Counted from the stretch's first letter, positions 32,069-43,639 are shown. The stretch is DNA of 64,000 bases from Bdellovibrionales bacterium (GCA_965219095.1 CBDCMT010000001.1:288001-352000); one strand, 5' to 3'. Notes: generated from the sequence alone by a model not told the origin. Program-made: numbers and translations.

Positions 32069-33598
32069 TTATTTTACAGGTAAAGTATCTTTAAAACTCT
32101 CATCTTTAGGATAAAGTCCTGTATCCTTAGTTTTCATGGCAGGAAAAAAAAGAATATCTCTAATACTGGAACTGTTTGTAAGAATCATAACAAGCCTTTC
32201 AATCCCTAATCCTACTCCTCCTGTAGGAGGTAGCCCCATCTCTAAGGCATGTAAGAAATCTTCATCTAAGGTCGTCTTTTTCCCTCTTCCTTCTACAGAG
32301 GTCCATTTCTTCTGCTTTTGCATTTTTTCTCTTTGTTCTAAAGGATCATTGAGTTCTGTGTAGGAATTTCCCAGTTCCATACCTGCAACAATAGGTTCAA
32401 ACCTTTCTACTAAAGAGTGATCTTTTCTGTGAACTTTTGTAAGAGGAGAAACCTCTACAGGAAAATCATAAATAAAAGTAGGGTTCCAAATATTTTGTTC
32501 AGCACAAAGCTCAAAAGCTTCAACGATCATTTCGCCCTTCAAAGAAAAATCCTCTTTATCACTTCCTAAACTTTGAAGCTTCTTAGATAAAGAAGCTTCA
32601 TCCATAGAATCTACACAAAAATCTCCATACTTTCTAATAGCCTCCTTAAGACTCATCCTCGTCCATGGGATTGTAAAGTCAATTTCACGATCTTGGTAGG
32701 GAAATTTTAAAGACCCTTTAATTTTTTGAATCACAGAAGCACAAAGCTCCTCAAACCTTTTCATTTGATCCTGATAATCAGTATAGGCTTCATAATACTC
32801 AAGCATAGTGAACTCGGGATTATGCGTACGATCCATTCCTTCATTTCTAAAATTAACCCCAAGTTCATAAACTTTATCCAACCCTCCTACAACAAGACGT
32901 TTTAAATAAAGTTCCGGACTAATTTTTAAAAAAAGATTCATATTAAGAGCTTTATGATAGGTTTGAAAAGGTTCTGCACTAGCCCCCCCATAAAGAGGTT
33001 GTAAGGCAGGGGTTTGAACTTCTAAAAAATCCTCTTTATCAAGGTAGGCTCTTATTTCTTTTATGATATAAGAACGCATCTGAAACACTTTTTTTACATC
33101 AGGATTCATAATTAGATCTAAATGCCTCTGACGGTAACGTACTTCGGTATCTATAATGCCATGAAACTTTTCAGGTAAAGTTTCTATACTTTTACAAAGA
33201 ATTATAAAGTCTTCACAATAAACACTCAGTTCTCCCTTTCTGGTTCTAAACACAAACCCTTCAACACCCACAATATCTCCTATATCAAGATATTTAAAAA
33301 AGTCTTGTGCTTTTTGAGATAGATCTTTAGGAACAATGTAAGCTTGAATTTGCCCTTCCCGATCCTGAATATGAAAAAAAGAAGCCTTTCCCATTTTTCT
33401 CAATGTCATAAGGCGTCCCGCTAAAATAACTTTTTTTTCTTTAATAGACTCTCCAGAAAGTAGTTTTTTATGTTCTTCGTTTAACACTTTAGAAGTCGTA
33501 TTAGGTTTATAATTATGTGCAAAGGGATTAAGACCTAAGCTTTTAAGCTTTTTTAATTTTTTTATTTTTTCAGCTTTTAAAACATTCTCTTCGGACAT
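32069..33598 (-). CDS. lysS: Lysine-tRNA ligase (class II)
   Basis: YRQRHLDL, SPELYLKRL, FRNEG, HNPEFTMLE, GLGIERL. Confidence 0.98.
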   Translation of the reverse strand: MSEENVLKAEKIKKLKKLKSLGLNPFAHNYKPNTTSKVLNEEHKKLLSGESIKEKKVILAGRLMTLRKMGKASFFHIQDREGQIQAYIVPKDLSQKAQDFFKYLDIGDIVGVEGFVFRTRKGELSVYCEDFIILCKSIETLPEKFHGIIDTEVRYRQRHLDLIMNPDVKKVFQMRSYIIKEIRAYLDKEDFLEVQTPALQPLYGGASAEPFQTYHKALNMNLFLKISPELYLKRLVVGGLDKVYELGVNFRNEGMDRTHNPEFTMLEYYEAYTDYQDQMKRFEELCASVIQKIKGSLKFPYQDREIDFTIPWTRMSLKEAIRKYGDFCVDSMDEASLSKKLQSLGSDKEDFSLKGEMIVEAFELCAEQNIWNPTFIYDFPVEVSPLTKVHRKDHSLVERFEPIVAGMELGNSYTELNDPLEQREKMQKQKKWTSVEGRGKKTTLDEDFLHALEMGLPPTGGVGLGIERLVMILTNSSSIRDILFFPAMKTKDTGLYPKDESFKDTLPVK

Positions 33599-34555
33599 CT
33601 AAGCTCCTGTATAAATAGACATAATTTTTTGAATCAATTCAACAGCTTCAGACTCTTCTCTTTGAAACACATTACGTCCCATGATACTACCAAAAGCCCC
33701 TCCTCTTGCCAATTGCCTAACCTCTTCTAAAATCTCCTCATCACCACGTATAACACCTCCGCTAAAGATCACAATCCTACGTCCACTAAAACAAGAGTCT
33801 ACAACATAACGAACTCTGTCACTTAAAGAGTCCATAGGAATGTTTTGAGATAAAAAAACTTTTTTTGATTCTGGATGCTCTAAGGATGCATTCGGTGGTT
33901 TCACTTTGATGATGTGAGCTCCTAATTGAGCTGCAATATGAGCTGCATAAGAAACAACATCCAAAGCTGTTTCTCCTTGAGAACTTAAATCTCCTCCCCG
34001 AGGGTAGGACCAAATGACAACCAAAAGCCCTTTATTTTTGGCTTCTTCAGCTAAGAGAGCCAATTCCTCATACATTTGCTTTCTTTCTAAACTTCCTGGA
34101 TAAATAGTAAAACCTATACCTATACACCCTAAACTCAAAGCCCTTTGAACAGAACTGGTTATCGCAGGAATAGGGCTTCTTTGATCCTTGAAAAGACTAT
34201 CAGAGTTGTTGAGCTTTAAAATCAGAGGCACCTCTCCAGGAAAATCTCTACCCGAAGCTTCTAAAAAACCTAAAGGTGCTGCATAAGCACTCACCTTAGC
34301 TCTCACAGCTAAACGGAAATGGTAATGAGGATTATAACTCTTAGGATTCAAAGAGAAACTCCTTACAGGACCATGCTCAAAGCCCTGGTCCACAGGTAAA
34401 ATCAGAAGTCTTCCTGTTCCCCCTAATGAACCCTGGTTTAAAAGAAGGGCTAAGTTTCTTAAAACTCCAATGTTCTCAGAACCATACCAGCTTAAAATTT
34501 CACGTACTCTTGGTGCCATAGCTCCTAACTTATCATTAAGGAAACTACAAGTCAA
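33599..34555 (-). CDS. fbaB: Class I fructose-bisphosphate aldolase (likely start at MAPRV)
   Basis: ILPVDQGFEHGP, WSYPRG, IIKVK, GSIMGRNVFQR. Confidence 0.92.
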   Translation of the reverse strand: MTCSFLNDKLGAMAPRVREILSWYGSENIGVLRNLALLLNQGSLGGTGRLLILPVDQGFEHGPVRSFSLNPKSYNPHYHFRLAVRAKVSAYAAPLGFLEASGRDFPGEVPLILKLNNSDSLFKDQRSPIPAITSSVQRALSLGCIGIGFTIYPGSLERKQMYEELALLAEEAKNKGLLVVIWSYPRGGDLSSQGETALDVVSYAAHIAAQLGAHIIKVKPPNASLEHPESKKVFLSQNIPMDSLSDRVRYVVDSCFSGRRIVIFSGGVIRGDEEILEEVRQLARGGAFGSIMGRNVFQREESEAVELIQKIMSIYTGA

Positions 34556-34708
34556 AATACCTCAAAACTTCATATGCAAACTAAACCCTCTTCACACACC
34601 ACTCTTCTTACGAAAAATCATCCCCTTTCTGATTTCTTCGCTTTTACTTATGGCTTTCTTCTGACTCTCTTTTTTTGAAATTTAAAAGGGCCTGACTTCG
34701 AGTTCTTA

Positions 34709-34755
34709 TACCATTTCCAAAAATTAATTCGACATTCTTTTAATGCATAGCCTCC
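34709..34755 (+). mobile_element. IS630 type A left-end stub (preceded by an 11-bp IS1634 TIR stub at 34691)
   Basis: TACCATTTCCAAAAATTAATTCGACATTCTTTTAATGCATAGC matches 39855 onward. Confidence 0.8.
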
Positions 34756-35127
34756 GAGGATGTCCGTAATCCCGTTAGAGTTTCAGAAGGGACTTTTTCA
34801 TAATTAAGCTATCTCCATTTGTTTTTCAAGGGTTATTTTATTTATTTCTTCTATAAATAGAGGGATTTGTTTATGTCCCCTGATAGTGCGAAATTTTTTC
34901 TCGACATGTAACAAGGAAGCTGCGACCCATAAGGAGATTTGTCGAGGATTTTTTTTCCAATTCTTCACTCTTCCTGTTTGTTGACGAACGATAGAGAAGG
35001 CACTTTCTATTGGGTTCGTAGAGCTTAAAGTCTTTCGTAAAAGAGGAGGAGTTTTTAAACGAAGGACTGTCAATGTTTCTAAATGGGCTTCTTTAAGACT
35101 TTCTGAAGCTTCAGAGCTTATTTTTTT
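34756..35127 (-). mobile_element. IS256-family 3' fragment
   Basis: LRKTLSSTNPIES..RVKNWK..VEKKFRTIRGH; end GAGGATGTCCGTAA. Confidence 0.88.
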
Positions 35128-36645
35128 GGCTCCTCCCGGGAATCTGTGGGTGAAAAGTAGTAGAAATCCCCCAAAAAGGCTCATATTAATCAAAGCAAGA
35201 GTAAGACATTCTATCTTGTATTTTTGAGTTCTTTGAGGCCTTACTGGCCTCTATCACCTCCGGTGATTGAACTCAAAAACATTCATTTTATTTGCTTTTA
35301 TTTGCTGTGTTACATTAAAATTTTAAAAAAGAAGCACCTACTTCCCAGATGCCTTAAAATGTTATTCAAAAAAAAAAAAAAGGAGGGAAGAGATGCTTTT
35401 GAAGACTATACTAAATGATTGTTTAAGATGGAAGTCTTTTGTGTACGAAGACATTTATTTTTCAAAAGATAGAAAGTCAATTAATGTTCCTATTAAGGCT
35501 CGTAAAAATGGCCAAGCTTTTTGTAGTGTTTGTAAGAAGCCCTGTTCAGTGTATGACAGCAGTAAATCATCACGGGACTTTGAATCCCTTCCTATTTTAA
35601 GTTACAGGGTGTTTTTTGTTTATTTTGTAAGAAGAGTTAATTGTCCTTGCTGTGGGGTAAAAGTTGAGTATTTACCTTGGGCCGATGGTAAGAAGAGTTT
35701 AACGATCTTTTACATGAAGTACTTAGCAGACTGGTGTCGTCACCTGTCTTGGAAAGAGGTTTCTTGTAAGTTTCATGTCAGTTGGAATCAGGTCTATGCT
35801 TCGGTAGAATGGGTCGTAGAATATGGTTTAAAACAAAGGGTTTTAAAGGGGATATATGCTATAGGAGTCGACGAGATACAATGGAAAAAGAACCATCAGT
35901 ATCTCACCTTAGTCTATGAAATAAGCAAAGAAAGTGTTCGTTTGCTATGGATAGGAGAAAAAAAACAGAAAAGAGTTTTAGAAAATTCTTTGATTTACTA
36001 GGAGAGAAGTCAAAAGAGATACGGTTTGTGTGCTCTGACATGTGGAAGCCTTATTTAAAAGTCATAAAGGAGAGGGCAAGTCAAGCTTTGAATATATTAG
36101 ATCGGTTTCATATCGTAGCAAGACTCAATAAGGCTTTAGACGAAGTGAGAGCTTCAGAACACAAAAAAATGAAAGAAGATGGGTATGAACCCCTTTTAAC
36201 AAAAGCTAGATGGCCCTTGTTAAAAAATGCAGAAAATTTAAAATCTTATGAAAAAGTAAAATTAAGGCATTTAATACAGTACAATTTAAAAAGTATCCGC
36301 TGTTATTTTTTAAAAGAAGACTTCCGACAGTTATGGACCTATGTTTCACCAACTTGGTCTGGTAAATTTATAGACAGTTGGACGAGACGAGTCATGCTTT
36401 CAAAAATTGAACCTATGAAAAGAGAAGCAAAAACCATACGAAGACATAAGCTACTTATTCTTAATTACTTCAAGGCTAAAAAAACCTTCTCCTCAGGGAT
36501 TGTAGAGGGTTTAAACAACAAAGTAAAACTCACTATGAGAAAATCTTACGGCTTTAGAACCTCTAAAGCTATAAAAATCGCCTTATATCATAACCTTGGA
36601 AAACTGCCAGAACCTCCGGGAACCCACAGATTCTTTTGAGGAGGC
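35128..36645 (+). mobile_element. ISL3-family element, full length, transposase split by a 1-nt deletion (35393-36001 and 35947-36639)
   Basis: Both ends present; GGAGAAAAAAAACAG versus GGAGAAAAAAGAACAG in the 24747 copy; SSGIVEGLNNKVK motif. Confidence 0.93.
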
Positions 36646-36650
36646 ATTTT

Positions 36651-36688
36651 GCCTCCTCAAAAGAATCTGTGGGTTCCCGGGAGGAGCC
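36651..36688 (-). mobile_element. 38-bp mini-ISL3 (fused right and left ends)
   Basis: GCCTCCTCAAAAGAATCTGTGGGTTCC plus CGGGAGGAGCC; forms a 30-bp perfect inverted repeat with the neighbouring ISL3 end. Confidence 0.7.
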
Positions 36689-36849
36689 TTTAGTTTTAAA
36701 TCATGAATTCCAAAGATTTAAAACCTTAGATTATAGTAAATTTCAGGAATAGAGGATGTGCTATTCGTCGAAATGAATTTTTTATAAATATCATTTTTAT
36801 TAAGCTATCTATCCTCACCTCATAAAGTCATTATTTGTATTGTTACTTA

Positions 36850-38570
36850 CCTAAATTTGAGACAATTTTTACTCACTAGGATTTAAGAAAGTATGGAAGT
36901 GCGATTTCTCAAAATTCCTAAATTTATGGAATTCAGTATTTTTTCTTGCTTCTTATTTAAAGTAACAGTTTTCATCAACCTTACTTTTTTCTTTTTATCA
37001 GAAAAATAAACATTATACATTGTTTCCAGCTCCTCAATGGCTTTTTGTGGAGATATTCCAACATTTTTATGATTTAATCTCATTTTTAAAATTGATAATA
37101 AAAGATAGGATAAATAACATATGAACACATGGGCTTTAACTTTTTTGTTTAGCCAAAATCTGATAGGTTGTATATTCGAGATACCTTTCAATACTTTAAA
37201 AGCTTGTTCTATAACATCCTTGTCAAAATAAATCCTTACCATTTCCTTTTCTGAAATGGATTTCTTTGTGCAGAAAAGACAAAAAAATCCATCCAACTCT
37301 TCCTCTCTTTTTAAAAGCTCTGTCCTGATTCTGCCAGTGGCTGTTAAATATCTTTCAAAACGTTCATTTATCTTTTTCCCTTTTTTTCTTAATTCTTGAG
37401 CCTCAAGAAAGCCCAATCTTCTTGATTCTGTTTCCTCTAATTTTTTCGATGCATTATAACAAATTACCAATTTTCCACTAATTGAAGCTAATTTATAAGC
37501 AACTCCTCCCACATAAAAACTACTCTTATTGACTCGGACTATGCTTGATATGTTGTCCAGGAATTTTTTATTTGAAAACTTTCTTATAATAGCCTTTTCT
37601 TTCTCTCGAATGGGCAAGCCACATAAGGTATTTAAGCCTATTTCTCTAGAGGACATCAGATTTTTTTTAGAAACTACACCCCGATCATAAACAAACAGTT
37701 GAGGACGAATTTGACTTTTTCGTAAATACTCTAGAACGCATGAAAGAGTTCTTGCGTCATGAATATTTCCATCAAATGTTTTGTGAAATACAGGAACTCC
37801 TTCATTTTGTGTTGTCACCAAAGCTATTTGAATAAGATCATTTTGTCTTTGACCATCCTTACTTCTTCCTTGTTTTCCCATTGAGCAGGCCTTTCCATGA
37901 AAATAAGTGTTTGTAGTGTCATAAACTAGACCTTTGGTATCTAATTTATATGTTCTCTTGACCTTATTAAAGATGGTTTTCTGATAAGCTTCTATTTTCT
38001 CATCGTTAATACTGTCCATTGCAGAAACCAATCGACTTTCTGTCAAAGAATCTAAGTTTAGAAGCAAATTTAAATCAGTTCTTTCATACCATTTTGGCAT
38101 ATTCCGTAAGCTTTTATAATTTATACAGTGAGCGTAAGTCATGCTTAGTATTTCGTTGGAGTATTCCCCCTAAAATTTCTGGAAGATTTATTTTTTTTGC
38201 AATGCTGTGAAAGGCAAGCAAGGGACCATAGATTTTTACACCATCCATTTGAATATCTTTTGATGAAAGAGAAATGACAGCCTCTTTATTAACTTCTTTT
38301 CCAATATGACGGATGTATTTCTGAACAACTTTACCTTTAACCCATCGATTTTCTACTTCTGCAAGATAAACGACACTACCCTTTTTGTATCTTCTAATAA
38401 AGCTCATGAACACCTCCTAGTGAGTATAATACTCACTATAAACCTAAGAAAAGTCAAGGCTTATTTTTCTTTGGATTGAAAATTCCTGTATTTCCCCTAT
38501 AGAAATGGAGTTTCTTTGAGGTGACCTAAAATGGAAAATCCTAGTGAGTAAAATTTATCTCGAATTTAGG
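36850..38570 (-). mobile_element. IS1634-family element, frameshifted (38114-38413 and 36883-38142)
   Basis: TIR CCTAAATT.GAGA..; YDTTNTYFHG, YDRG, IEQAFKVLK. Confidence 0.9.
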
Positions 38571-38944
38571 CAGTTACAATATCTTTTGATTTGCCTGTCA
38601 TCCTTGCAATGGCCATGTTACTTTGTGCCCAATCTACGGCTATATAGTGATCATACATTTTATTTTCCTCCTTTGTTGGTTTATTTATAAATAAAGTCTT
38701 GAAATCCTATTTTACATCTTTTTTTTGCTTTTTCCTTTTTTTCGAGTAAGCCTTCACAAAAATACAGGCTTAATCGAAAAAAAGGGAAAACACCCTTTGA
38801 GGCCTTAAAAACCAGGACAGCTAAAGGGTTTAGAATTTGTCTCGAAAATCACCTCCTTCTGCAAGTACTTTAGGGTCACTATCATGGCTTAAACCAGTGA
38901 CCTGTCTTTTTGATTTACCGTCGAATTAATTTCTGTAATTGGTA
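38571..38944 (-). mobile_element. IS630-type terminal repeat, structured leader and IS110 transposase 5' fragment, copy 3 (cut by IS1634)
   Basis: ATG at 38658 gives MYDHYIAVDWAQSNMAIARMTGKSKDIV; matches 7816-8190. Confidence 0.75.
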
Positions 38945-39137
38945 TTATCGGTAAATCATCTATGAACAAAGAAAAAGCAGGTCACTAGTTTAAGCCATGA
39001 TAGTGACTCTTTTTGTGTGATTTCTAACTACTTTTTACTTACAGATTCTTTTGAGAGGTAAAAAAGAAAATATTTTAGTCTAAAGCCTAAGTCTAAAGGT
39101 TGAAAAAATTTTTTGATAGACTTAGACTTATTAAGAA

Positions 39138-39767
39138 ATGAAATTTAGTGAAAAAATTAACAATTCTATCTTTAGTGAAAAAGAAATTCTTATAAAACAA
39201 AAAATGAAGACCTGGGAAACTATTACTAACATTGAACAAGCTAATTCATATGAAATTCTTTCTTCCTTAAGAAAAAACTTGGGCTTTATAGAAGAGGTCT
39301 CTATAGGGTTTAAAAACACTATTTTACGTAACATATTATCCCATTATCGTAATTTTAAATTCCAGGTTTTTGATGAAGATTGCAAGCCTTTTCTTTGGTT
39401 TGAAAGGAAGTCACTCCACCCTTTTTCTCCTACTATGGTTTATGGAAAAAACAACCGTCGTTTAGGATCTGTGAAAAAACGATTCTCTCTTTTTTACAAG
39501 AAATACGTTATATGTGATAACTCTGGAAGAGTTTTTAGTACTATTCAATCTCCTTTCTGGAAGTTATGGAGTTTTCCTATTTTAGATCTTCATGGCAGGC
39601 CTAGAGGAAAGATCCAGAAACAATGGGGAGGAATTGTGAAAGAAGCTGCAACCAATGTTGATCAGTTTAAAATAGAATTTCCCGAGGATTCCTCCTTTGA
39701 ACAAAAGTCACTTTTTCTAGTAGCCTCCATAGTTATTGACTTCAATCATTTTGAAGCAAGAAACTGA
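39138..39767 (+). CDS. Phospholipid scramblase / LURP-one-like (tubby-C fold) protein
   Basis: LIKQK.K.WE..EQANSY, G.VKKRFS, IQKQWGGIVKEAATNVDQF.IEFP, KSLFLVASIVIDF. Confidence 0.8.
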   Translation: MKFSEKINNSIFSEKEILIKQKMKTWETITNIEQANSYEILSSLRKNLGFIEEVSIGFKNTILRNILSHYRNFKFQVFDEDCKPFLWFERKSLHPFSPTMVYGKNNRRLGSVKKRFSLFYKKYVICDNSGRVFSTIQSPFWKLWSFPILDLHGRPRGKIQKQWGGIVKEAATNVDQFKIEFPEDSSFEQKSLFLVASIVIDFNHFEARN

Positions 39768-40475
39768 AGAAAAATTTTCTTGTCATTTGAGTTTAGTTTT
39801 TCAAAAGAAGTTTGGTAAGAGAGTAGTTTTGTAACTTAAAATTCCGATAAAATATACCATTTCCAAAAATTAATTCGACATTGTTTTAATGCATTGCGTC
39901 CTGGCTTTTTGATAAAACTCTGTTAAATTTTTAGAGTCATGTCGAAAAAAGATTTAGTTACACAGATTCAAGGGTATGATTTTCTTTCTACTTACAAAGT
40001 AGAAAGAAGTGCCAACATCAAGACAAAATTATTGGCTTTGCAGCATATGCAAGAAGGAAAATCGATTCAAGAAACAGCAGGTATAGTTTTCTATCATCGT
40101 CACAGTATCAAATCCTGGTTACAGTCTTTTTTTGTAGACTTTGATTACGAGGGATTGATAGATCGAGAAGGCAGAGGACGCAAGCCTCGTTTGCCAGTGA
40201 CAGAAGAAGAGAGGTTCAAAATCAAGTTAGATGAAATTCAAGACAAAAGAGAGGGAGGAAGCATAGGAGCAAAGGAAATACAGAAACTTTTAGCAGATGA
40301 ATTTGACTGTTGCTATTCTCTTTCTGGGGTTTATGTTTCTTTAGACCGCCTTAATATTGTATGGATCAGTGGTCGTTCTCTTCATCCTAAAAGTTCACAA
40401 GAAGCTATGAAACAGTTTAAGGAACATTTTCCAGAAGAGGTGGAGAAAATAAAGGAAAAGATTCAGACTAATAAA

Positions 40476-42174
40476 CCTAAATTCGTGACCAAAAATGTAC
40501 ACTACAAAGCTATAATTTCCCATTTTCCATAAAAATCTCAGTTTTCATAGGGGAATTTTCGATTTTTAGATAAAATCACAAAAAATAACTTGCCTTGCAT
40601 TTTCCTTTGTAGTGTAATATATTACACTATAGGAGGGAGAAATATGAGCTTTATCAGAAGAATAAAAAGAGGAAAGGTAACATATCTTGCAGAAGTAGAG
40701 AACAAAAGGGTTGATGGAAAAGTTATCCAAAAGCATATTCGGTACATCGGGAAGAAAGAGAATGGTGAAACTGTAATTTCAATGAGTTCATCTGATCTTG
40801 AAATAGAAAAGGTCAAGGTTTATGGTCCTTTGCTTGTTTTAGATAAAATAGCTAGGGAAATAGATTTGCAAAAATCTCTTGGCCAATACTCCAATGAAAT
40901 ATTAAGCATGGTCTATGCTCACTGTTTAGATTACAAAAGCCTTAGAAAAATGCCAAAATGGTATGAGAGAACAGATTTAAACACTTTGCTAAATTTAGAG
41001 GATCTAACCGAAAGTCGTTTGCTTTCTGCTCTAGATTCTTTAGAGAGTGATCCAGAAAATTTACAGAAGAAAATATTTCAAGGTGTTCAGAAAAGGTACA
41101 ATCTTGAGCTAAAAGGGTTGGTGTACGATGTTACCAATACATACCTTTATGGTAGCAAATGTCAGCTTGGAAAATTAGGAAAGAGTAAGGATGGGAAACG
41201 TGGAAATCCTTTGATTCAAATTGGTTTGGTGACAACTCAAAAAGAAGGAATACCAGTGTTTCATAAAACTTTTAGTGGAAACATACACGATAGCAGGACT
41301 CTACTAAGTTTATCCGATGGATTTGCAAACTATGGACTAAGTGGAGGAATGTTTGTTTACGACAGAGGCATTTTCTCAGAGAGAAACCTCAATGAAATCA
41401 ATGAATTGGGCTGGAATACGCTTTGTGGGATTGCTCTCAGAAAAAAAGAGAAGGATTTGATTAGAAAAATGATAAGGCTAGACTCTATTGTTGATGTATC
41501 CCATCGCATCAGGTTATCAAGTGGTACCTTGTATGCTCAGAGCATTAATCACAATGTTGGAAAAATCAAAGGACGTTTAGTTGTTTGTTACAATCAAAGG
41601 AGAGCTTTAGATATAAGAGAATCTCGTTTGGACGAAATTGCAAACGCACAAATTCTTTTGTCTAAAAATAAAAATATAAAACCAGGTTTGGAAAAATACC
41701 TTACTCCAACAGGAAGATTAAGGAGAGATCGGTTGAATTTAGAATCTGAGTTTGATGGTTACTCTTGTATATTTTCTACAAAAAAGATCTCTACAAAAGA
41801 TATTGTTAATTTGTACTATAAGAAAGAGATAATTGAAAAATCTTTTAGGACCTTAAAGGGAATAACAAATTTGAGACCAATTCGTCATTGGCTTTACAAC
41901 AGAGTTCAATCACATGTCTTTATATGCTATTTATCTTGTCTGATACTTTCAATTCTAAAAATGAAGCTTGAAAAGATGCAGATGTCTCCAGAGGAAGCTC
42001 TTGAAGAACTCGGTAGCATGTATAATGTCTATCTTTATGACCGAAAAAATAAAACTAGACTTATCAAAACAGTAGCTTTGAATAAAGTTCAAGAAAAAAT
42101 ACTAAGATCTATTGGAAAAAGTCTTGTCAAAAAAACGTCCGTCTGTAGTGTACATTTTTGAGCACGAACTCAGG
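40476..42174 (+). mobile_element. IS1634-family element, intact
   Basis: CCTAAATTCGTG...CACGAACTCAGG ends; TAATAAA on both flanks. Confidence 0.92.
40590..42161 (+). CDS. IS1634-family transposase (likely start MSFIRR)
   Basis: YDVTNTYLYG, YDRG, IEKSFRTLK, PIRHW. Confidence 0.92.
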   Translation: MPCIFLCSVIYYTIGGRNMSFIRRIKRGKVTYLAEVENKRVDGKVIQKHIRYIGKKENGETVISMSSSDLEIEKVKVYGPLLVLDKIAREIDLQKSLGQYSNEILSMVYAHCLDYKSLRKMPKWYERTDLNTLLNLEDLTESRLLSALDSLESDPENLQKKIFQGVQKRYNLELKGLVYDVTNTYLYGSKCQLGKLGKSKDGKRGNPLIQIGLVTTQKEGIPVFHKTFSGNIHDSRTLLSLSDGFANYGLSGGMFVYDRGIFSERNLNEINELGWNTLCGIALRKKEKDLIRKMIRLDSIVDVSHRIRLSSGTLYAQSINHNVGKIKGRLVVCYNQRRALDIRESRLDEIANAQILLSKNKNIKPGLEKYLTPTGRLRRDRLNLESEFDGYSCIFSTKKISTKDIVNLYYKKEIIEKSFRTLKGITNLRPIRHWLYNRVQSHVFICYLSCLILSILKMKLEKMQMSPEEALEELGSMYNVYLYDRKNKTRLIKTVALNKVQEKILRSIGKSLVKKTSVCSVHF

Positions 42175-43065
42175 TAATAAAATAGAGATTTGGTGGCAGG
42201 ATGAATGCAGAATAAGCTCAGCAAGGTTCTTTGAGTAGGATTTGGGCAAGAAAAGGCACACGGCCTAGAGTTGTGAGGCAAAGACAATTTTTATCCACTT
42301 ATATTTTTGGAGCAGTTTGTCCGGATAGAGATAAAGGCTGTGCTTGGATTTTACCGGAATGTAATTCAGGAATGATGCAAATTCACTTAGATGAGATATC
42401 TAAAAATATTCAAGAAAACTATCATGGAATTGTTTTAATGGACAGAGCCAGTTGGCATACCACAGAGACTTTGATAGTTCCTAAGAATTTATCCCTGATG
42501 CCTTTACCTCCTTATAGTCCAGAATTAAATCCCATGGAACAAGTCTGGCAACAATTACGAAGGATCAAATTATCGAATGCATGTTTTAAAAACTATGACC
42601 ATATACTGAATACTTGTTGTGAGGCCTGGAATACTTTTTGCGATCAGGAGGGCAGGATTAAAAAATTATGCACTCGATCTTGGACAAAACAACAAGATGA
42701 ATCAAGCTTGTAAATTAATTTGAACCTATAAATTAAATTGTGTAACTGATTTTTGTCATTTTAAATTTTAACCTCACTTTTTTACACTTATTTTAACCCA
42801 TCAATCGATTTACACAACAAATAGATATACCTGAAATAAACTTATCTTATGAAAACTTAAACTCACCTTAAAAGAAGTTTTTTTAAAACCTCCTAACTGA
42901 AACTTTTCCTTAAGTCAATTTTAAAATTTTAAATTTGAACATGAAAATATCGAATTAATTTCTGTAATTGGTATAACATAACCCATTTAGGCTGTTTTAT
43001 TTTTAAACAGAAAGCTGTGAGAGGATAAATCAAGCTCTCTGTGCTTTAGATTGGAGATGAAAGGT

Positions 43066-43082
43066 TTGGCATAAATTTTGCT
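43066..43082 (+). promoter_or_regulatory. Sigma54 -24/-12 promoter
   Basis: TTGGCATAAATTTTGCT, GG-N10-GC spacing, about 75 bp upstream of the 43157 ORF. Confidence 0.65.
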
Positions 43083-43156
43083 ACGTAATGTAAAAACTAA
43101 AGAAGAAAAAAAACAAAAACTGAGTCTTAAAGAGCTCAAAACAATAGGAGGATAAA

Positions 43157-43639
43157 ATGAAACAAATAATAAAACAAATAACTTGGTTGGGAGTATGCTC
43201 TTTATTTTCTATAACTTCTTTTGCAGATATAGAAGATGACAAACAAGTTAAATCGAGTAAAGAAATTCTTTCTGGCACAGGATTTCAAGATGATGAAATT
43301 GACAGTATAGAAAAGGCTTGTAAAAGGCTTACAACAAATAAGTCTCTTCAAGAATACTGTGTTAGCAGTGGTAAAACTATTGAGGTTATAGTAGCCTGTG
43401 GTGGTGAAAGTGAAAGGCAAAAGACTTTAGCTGTGATAAAAACTTGCTTAGACTCTAATCACAGCCCTGAAGTTATACTTACATGTTATGAATCTGGCGG
43501 TAACTCTATTAAACCAAAAGTAACTTGCCTAGAGAATGAAAACATGACAACAAAACAAGCAAACTTTTGTGGTGAGAAGTATAGGAATCTTGTTGACCCA
43601 AGAACGATTTGCTTAGAAAACCAAAATTTTGAAATTTAG
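43157..43639 (+). CDS. Secreted Cys-rich repeat protein
   Basis: AGGAGG RBS, signal peptide ending SFA-D, paired Cys units. Confidence 0.8.
   Translation: MKQIIKQITWLGVCSLFSITSFADIEDDKQVKSSKEILSGTGFQDDEIDSIEKACKRLTTNKSLQEYCVSSGKTIEVIVACGGESERQKTLAVIKTCLDSNHSPEVILTCYESGGNSIKPKVTCLENENMTTKQANFCGEKYRNLVDPRTICLENQNFEI

Larger units (their letters stand above)
39855..42973 (+). mobile_element. IS630 type A, second copy, interrupted by IS1634
   Basis: Same TIRs as 12875-14282; transposase halves 39939-40475 and 42175-42713. Confidence 0.92.

Noticed and set aside
34804..35193. 129-aa ORF as a real gene
   Set aside because: Chimera of an ISL3 end read into an IS256 3' fragment
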